Assembly: GCA_964016885.1 (NCBI GenBank)
Contig: OZ024740.1
Span: forward strand, 402,566,001 to 402,630,000
Reading direction: 5' to 3'
DNA from: Eledone cirrhosa
Lineage: Eukaryota
DNA length: 64,000 nt
Positions 56,620 to 64,000 of the stretch are shown here, piece by piece; the first letter of the stretch is position 1, and every line of letters starts with the position of its first letter. The notes beneath the pieces were generated by a model that did no database searches, was not told where the DNA came from, and worked only from the letters and a program-made list of their open reading frames with translations. A program made the translations under genes and the position numbers.

Positions 56620-56783
56620 TTTACACGCAGAAAAGCCCATTTGTACCGTCCTGTACTGTCCTTAATGTCTACTTTGTGTAAACCCTTGTGGTTAATAAAG
56701 AAAGCATTATTTTATTTTTCTGTTTTATTATTATCATTATTGTTGTGCCCTGCATGTCGGCCCTTGTGGCTAATAAATGAAAT
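56620..56783 (+). mobile_element. two short 3' tails of the Tx1-like LINE family
   Basis: cccttgtggttaataaag and cccttgtggctaataaat resemble the 3' end at 2060-2085 (minus). Adjacent to (ATT)n. Confidence 0.45.
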
Positions 56784-56791
56784 CATTATTA

Positions 56792-56852
<61 letters not shown>

Positions 56853-57963
56853 CAATGTCATCAACATCATCACCCTCATCATTGTCATTATGTTTTAGAA
56901 TAGAATTCCACTGGCACCTGTGTTTGACCTTAAGACTTATTCGTCTTTTCAACTTCGTTGGAGTTTTTATGTGACTTGACAGCTTTTGCACACATGTCTT
57001 ATCTATCTATTTTCTCTGCTTATTCTTGTATCCCAAGACCACTACCATGGATATCTGTTGATATTTTTGTAAGAAGATTCATCTTTCAACCTCTTACCCA
57101 CGCTATCCCTTTCTTTCAAAGCGGTGGTCTTGCAACATTAACAAATAGAAGAAAAAAATGAAGTCAATGAGTCCATCATTTCAACGTATAGACAGACTTC
57201 AGTGTGCTGAGAAACGATATATACATATATGTACATATGTGTGTGTGTGTGTGTGCGTGTGTGTGGTGTGTGTTAGTGTGTGTGTGTATGTGTTAGTATG
57301 TGTGTGTGTTAGTGTGTTTCTGTGTATGTGTTAGTGTGTGTGTGTTAGTATGTGTGTTAGTGTGTGTGTTAGTGGATGTGGGTGTTAGTGTGTATGTGTG
57401 TGTGTGTGTATGCGTGTATGTGTGTTTTGGTGTGTGTGCACGCGCGCGTGTGTGTTAGTGTATGTGTTTGTGTGTTACTGTGTGTGGGTGTGTGTGTGTG
57501 CTTGTGCGCGTGTGTGTGTAAGCTCGTATTTGTAAAAGCCATGTTGATAAAACCCAATGGTTATAGTGTAATACCACGAAATATGCTTTCTCAAATAGCC
57601 TTGTTTACAGAGTTGGAAATCAATATATGTTTTCTCAGAGGAGGGCCATGTACAGACTACGTGCCATTTCGATTTTTACGTGAAGTTATGCCACATTGTT
57701 GTCGCTGTTGATACTTTTCGGAAAGAGATAAACATTGTAATGTAAAATAAACTGAGAAACGATTCCGATTTCAGCCGAGAGTTATTTGTGAAGGCACATG
57801 ATCAAGTGGTTACGATTGTTGGTCTCATAACCATAAGGTTGTAGGTTTGATATATGAAAATAATACATAGGTTGTCTTCCAATGGAATTTACTGTTATTG
57901 TAATTTGTGTTTTCATGGAAATGTGAAGCTGTTATATATTTTGAAGTCATGATGCAGTAAATT

Positions 57964-58144
57964 ATTGTTTCTACTTTTGGCACAAGGCCAACAATTATCC
58001 CACTGTATTACTGGTACTTTATTCTATTGATCCCGTAAGGGTGAAAGGCAAAGTTAACCACGGTGGGATTTGAACTCTGGACGTAGAGGGCCGTAACTCT
58101 ACGCTGCAAAGCATGCCGTCGCACGCTCTACCGATACTGCCAAT
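57964..58144 (-). mobile_element. tRNA-derived SINE, full head
   Basis: Minus strand A box TGGCAGTATCGG, B box GAGTTCAAATCC, then the same core. Confidence 0.8.
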
Positions 58145-58156
58145 AAGGATTATACT

Positions 58157-58255
58157 GGGCTCGTGGCCTAATCGTTAGGATGCTAGACTCGGGATCATGA
58201 GGTCATAGGTTCGGTTTCTAGACAGAGAGGTGCGACGTTTTTGAGCAGTACACAT
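58157..58255 (+). mobile_element. decayed tRNA-headed SINE of a second family
   Basis: gtggcctaatcgttagg (A box), ggttcggtttc (B box), then ttgagcagtacac. No cloverleaf. Confidence 0.4.
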
Positions 58256-61200
58256 TAACCTGAAATATTTCCTGTGTGAATCTACCTCGTTGGAGGCCAA
58301 CTAAATTTGACTACCTGGAGACTGTAAATTTCATCATTTTTATACGCATATGTAAAATAAAAAGATCAACTGTAAAGGATATATTAATGTAATATATATG
58401 AGTGGAGTAGTCATTGTTGTTGACGTTTAAATCCAGGTTCACCCTGAACGAACAGACACACAGTCACAGACTTTCCAGATGTGACGATTACTTCTTTTTG
58501 GGATGATATAAAACTCTATTATTCAATGCACTCGTCTTATTGATGACGGTGAGGTACGATTTGAAGCAGAATAGTTGGTTGAGCAAACACAGAGAGAAAC
58601 ACATGCCTTCTTCCATATACTAAATGTTTTGCTTTATTATTTTAGTCGGGGAGTTGATGATGCTTTATAATGCTAGCTGAGCTGTTGGTTTTATTGTTTA
58701 AGTTCAAGTCAGCAGTAATATATAGACGTTCCAGTCAGTACCATCAATTATTTTTTCAGGTTCCGTTAATCTCATAATTCATTATTCAATGTAAGTCTCA
58801 TCTTTTATGAGAGTTGGCATAGAATGTAAAATGTTTTAGGTAGAACAAAATTTCAACAATCAGAGCTGTATATTCTAGAATGCACTTCAAACTGATCTTC
58901 AGTTGCTTTGAGTCAGACATGTGCAATGTATATGCCTCTCAATTCATTTAGTCCCTCTATGTATTGTGTATATTAATTGATGCTGGTATTGTCTCAAAGA
59001 AAGATTTCTATATGGATGATCCAATCACAAACATTCTTCTGGTAATACCGGATGTTAATGGCAACTTGTCTTTTAATATATCGCCTCTATGTAGTCCATG
59101 TGTCCTACCCACAGAGGACAGGAGATCTATAGACTCTCCGGTAAACATTACTCATTCTATAGATGCATAGATAGTAGTTTAGCCCTTTCTATACATATCT
59201 TGATATATACGCACATGTATGTGTGTTTCAAAGACTAATAGAAACAATGCTAGTGGTCTTGCTCTGTAGTCAATGAAATTGATTTAGTTAATAGCTTGCT
59301 ATATAATGCATATGTCATTTATGATTCAAGTTATGAAACTTGAATATTTATTGAAATACACAAAATAATATAAACCCTGACACAATCATGTATTCATTAA
59401 ACTCTAAGAACATAAATAAAAATAGCTTTCTCAACGATGTTTAATTTATCGAAAACAGCTGTTAAATCAGACCTTTCATCTCCAGGTCTTTACTCTTGCT
59501 TATCTTTCCATTTTTTCCCCTAATGTTCTTCTTCTTTTCTTTCCCCAACAAAAATATAACTTACGTTAGCAAAATCATTTAATACACCTCAAGTTAGTTG
59601 ATACTTGGTGTAAAAAGAAAAAGAAACGAAAAATGAATACCATACTAAGTAAACGAAGAATATATAGTATAAAGGTGCAAATATATATATGTATGTTTTT
59701 ATATATATATATATATATATATATACGTGTGTGTCTGTGTGTATATGTGTGTGTATATATATATATATATGTATATATATGTAATATATATATATATGTG
59801 TGTGTGAATGCGTATATATACATGGACGTATGCATAACAGTATGTATATATGTATGTATATACATACATACGTCAAGAAACGCCCACCACGTTTCCACGA
59901 TACAAGGTCTTAAATATATTCTTATCTGCATTAAGACTAAATCTAAGCTCAACTTTACGATAATAAGGAACGCCTTCTAAGACTGGACAAATAGATTTTT
60001 TTCTTTTTATCTGCTAATTTTCGACTGGCTGTCAGATGTCAACTTTAAATCTTGTTAAAGACCCGAATGTTTTAATCTCTGTCGGTTAGACATTAAATAT
60101 GAAATGAAACAAAATAAAAATACATACTAGTAACATCTTATACACAAATACTAAGAAAAAATACTAAACAAATATAAATAAAAAGAAAAAAAACAACTGA
60201 GATGCCATTAAAACAAGAAAACAAATTAAGAGAAAGCAATAATAAAACAGAAAAAAATAATAAAAGAGAATAAAGAGAGAAATTGAGATGCTAAAGATAT
60301 AAATAACAGAACGTTCCGGTCGTTTGTTCATTTAGTGACAGGCAGTAACCGAAAATTGCAGTTTTAGCTTGATCTGTTTCTCTCTGGTAAACTATATTAA
60401 ACAAGTTTATAATTCTCAAGAGGGGTGGTTTGTAAAAACATCCATTGGCTGAACTGAATATTATTTTCTAATAAAACATCCCGTATCAATTTAATTAAGC
60501 TAAGAAAGATAAAAGCACACACAACAAAATATACATTCGTTAAACAGTACTGTTATCTTTTTTGTTATGTAATTACTTTTCTGCCTAAACATTTTTCTTT
60601 TTCCTTTATATTGACTCTTCATTATCAGTAAATAATTTCTAAAGACAATAAACCAAAATTCGAATAAATATGTACTACCGTCGGGAATCTCTTTGCCAAA
60701 AGGAATATTTGTGAATGGGATAACTGTCCTATTTCTATATGCATTGTACATAACTTTACTCACGCATATTGTAATATACATTCGTATACATTCATCCGTT
60801 AACAGACAGCGGCAAAGATATAATAATAAATATATAGATGAATATACGCCATTCAGTGAGCCTACGCCTTAACTCTCGACCTGCTAGAAAAAGAAACAAA
60901 ATACCCCTCGTACATTTTATAAGAATATGTGTTTGATAATATTAGTCCGGAGTACAATATATGTAAAAAACAAGATGGAATAATTATAGCGAATATGTCT
61001 GCTCATAGGTCTGCCTTATATGGGCTGACTTGTTGCTAACCATATAGATCATATCCAAAGGTTAAAATGTGATTGAATACTAGTTCTCTGATCTATAGAT
61101 GTTAAATAGGTATTTATTAAATAATTATTCGAAGGAGCAGGGAAAACCTCAGTGACCATTACAGGCTCTCCCTGATTCGTGAAATTAATGTGGTTGAAGT

Positions 61201-64000
61201 GTTTTTAAACATATGTAGATCAATGTCTGCAGGATTAAGAATCAACGTGCAGACGAAAAATAGTCTGGGGAAGGGAAGAGAACAAGTTCTAATGATGCTT
61301 TGGGAGTAATGTTCCACATCCGTAAATTTCATTCCAATCTGGAGCTGACTTGAGCTTAGGGAACCGCAACTAAGCAGACCTTTGAACCAAAGAATTGAAC
61401 CCCACAAATACAAATATCTTTCCAGCCTAATGATGGATACTTTTCGATAGAACTCGTAATTTGTGAATTATAGTACTTCAAACCTCGTTTGTGTAAATTA
61501 TTTTAATGTACTAATCATAACAATTACGATTTAGTAATTAGAATTAATATCAGGAAGTGATTAGGAAAATATAACAAGAACTGCTTTCCCCAATCTTACA
61601 GTGATACGGAGAAACTGAACATGGGTCTATTCGGTGGATTTCAACTTCTATAAAATAGATATTAATTTGATTTAAGTAATACAATGAGGCCATTATTAAT
61701 GACATTCGTCTAAACATAATTATTAATGGAATTCATCTAAGCAATTTTGTACACAGTATCATAAGAAGTTATTCAGATTTATCTATTTACATTTTCAAAA
61801 TATGTAAAATTTCTTTCCTTATGATTCAAGACATTTAAAAATCCCACAATAAAGGCATTTTATGTCAAAATAATAAATTGCTTGAAAGAATAAAACAGTA
61901 TATCTCCTGTTATAAACAAATGTAATTTGAGAACGAAATATACTTCAATAAATAATGCATTTTAATAAATAAAAGTTGGAACAATTCTCAAACGAATGAT
62001 TTTATTATTATTTCCCAGAAGCAGAGTTTAAGTTATAGCCTCATATTCTTGTTTGAAATCGTATTACTCATTCATTTTATAAATTTAATATCTGCAGATA
62101 CGTGATTTTATATAATATATTCTTAGTACTAACCGTAGATGGGATTTTCAACGTAATTCCAACTTAATCTTTTTGTAAGAACCAAAGGGATTGAAAGCAG
62201 GATAAGGCAGGTTGAAGAAAATGAAATGAAATTAAATTTTCTGAGAAATGAAAAATACAAATGTTGTTTAAAACATTAAAATTGATCAATCCATTTCTGA
62301 AACTTATCCCAAAGGACAATATCCATTTTGTAATCTTTGGTTGAATGCGATGCCAAACGACAGTTTGATATCGTTTGTGAGATTGTATTCGAATTTAATT
62401 TAGTTGCAGTTCGTCTTCAGCTGTAGATCGTATTCTTGAACAGTTTCTGCATAAAGAGCATATCTGAATATGGTCTGCACAAGATGATTAATATGCTGCT
62501 GGGAAGAAGGAAATAATCTAGTATATAAAAGTATTTACTTCATGATGGATGGTTTTATTAACACTAATCATAAACAACAAGTATATCAAAACACTGAGCT
62601 GAGATTGCATTTCTTTTTAATGTATCATGAATGTATGTACGTATGTACGTATATTTATGTTCGTGTATGTGCATGCATATGTCAATATTATTATTATTGT
62701 TCTTGTTCTTCTTCTTATTATTATTATTATTATTTTATTCGTCCTCTGTTTCTATTTATCACGTCTATACTTACAGCTCTATTCCGTTTCGGGATATTTA
62801 AGTCTTCATATGGGGAAAAAGCAATATAATTAAATATCTACCCTGGAGAAATCGAAAGAGAAACGGCACAGAAGAGTAGGCTAAAATTAAATTAAAAGCA
62901 TATTGCGAGTATATGTACGAGAGTTTGCCAGATATTTTTGCATATAAACTACCCACATTTTTCTGATTTCTAAATTTTGTTGCAGTTATTACATAACTTT
63001 ATAAAGTACTATTGAATACGATTGTCTTAATGTTCACAGATTGATACAATACAGTTGCCAAAGTTCGAAACATTACTGTAAATAGATAACCAACTAACCC
63101 GTACTAAAAAAAGGATAAAATAGAATCAACTATCAACGTATTGGTAACTTGAGAAGGGTGTGTGTGATGAAGAATGATGGGATCGTCTTTATCTTATAAA
63201 ACCATATTCCAAGTGAAGTGATCTGATGCAGACTAAATTCTGGGCAGGTATATTTCTGTAAACGTCTGTGGAAATTTCCTGGAAATCTCTTGAGCGGTAG
63301 TGTTAATAATTATCTGGAATGATTGTATGACGAATAGTGGACGTGTGGGATAGTTGCAAATAGAAAGTGAGAGTGTTAGAACCTCTATAGTTTGGCCAAT
63401 TATCTAGCAACAATCTAAATAATTACCCGTCTACGCCAATGTGACCTTAGCGCGCTAGATCAGGTTTATATAGTGAATATATAAATAAGTATAGTTTCTG
63501 TAACATATCAACATATGCTAGGATTTATACAATTCTCTAGACAAGGACATATTAATTAAATGCTCTATGTGCGTGTCCGAGACAGGGAGTATGCAAATAT
63601 GAGATTAGTGCGCTAGGTGAACGGGGATGTACAGGATTGATATGAGCATGATACATGCTGACACATTAGTGAATGCGTTAATGCAGTTGATGGCAGAGGT
63701 TTCTATGCTTAAAGAGCTAGTCTATCACACGTGATTCGTTCTAGCACATAGCCACCGCATCACGATCTCGGTCAATTTTGTAGTCGTACGGGAACACAAG
63801 TATCATACCCTAGATATTACCACTAATATGGAGTCGACAAGAAATCTATCAGTCTTCGACAAGAAATATGTCTGAGTATGGCCTATATTTTGTCAGATAA
63901 AACGGTAAAAAAGTGATAAGTAAAATTGAAGGCAGGAAATAATAGAGAGGAATTAAAGTAAGGGGCTAACGTTCATTAACTAAATTCAATACATTTTTTT

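Noticed and set aside
57790-58230. tRNA genes
   Set aside because: Only A/B-box SINE heads; no acceptor stem or cloverleaf.
58900-64000. Host-gene exons in the repeat-poor end of the window (e.g. 58964-59170, 61159-61413)
   Set aside because: No recognisable protein motif or convincing splice-bounded frame. Short exons cannot be excluded without RNA-seq.

Overview
AT-rich eukaryotic DNA saturated with (TA)n, (TACA)n, (CA)n, (GA)n and trinucleotide microsatellites and with retro- and DNA transposons. The repeat make-up suggests a cephalopod such as Octopus (inference). I found no host gene, rRNA, true tRNA or CRISPR array; most listed ORFs are microsatellite artefacts. Main elements: an R4/Dong-like RLE non-LTR retrotransposon in (TACA)n (8.9-13.1 kb); a near-intact Neptune-type Penelope-like element (PLE, 20.6-23.8 kb); a decayed Naiad-type PLE with pLTRs (24.0-27.8 kb); CR1, RTE and Tx1 fragments; a deleted mariner; a non-autonomous Helitron; a Chapaev-like relic; tRNA-derived SINEs; and a 57-bp satellite folded into an inverted duplication. 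Best leads: (1) at least 10 hand-folded minimal type I hammerhead ribozymes from several families, some inside short non-coding directly repeated (retrozyme-like) units; (2) a U-UUU-UUA slippery heptamer that would join the PLE's Arg/Ser-rich ORF1 to RT-GIY-YIG by a -1 frameshift; (3) several fold-back palindromes, two of which turn at a small hairpin already present in the parent repeat. All RNA structures were paired by eye, not computed.
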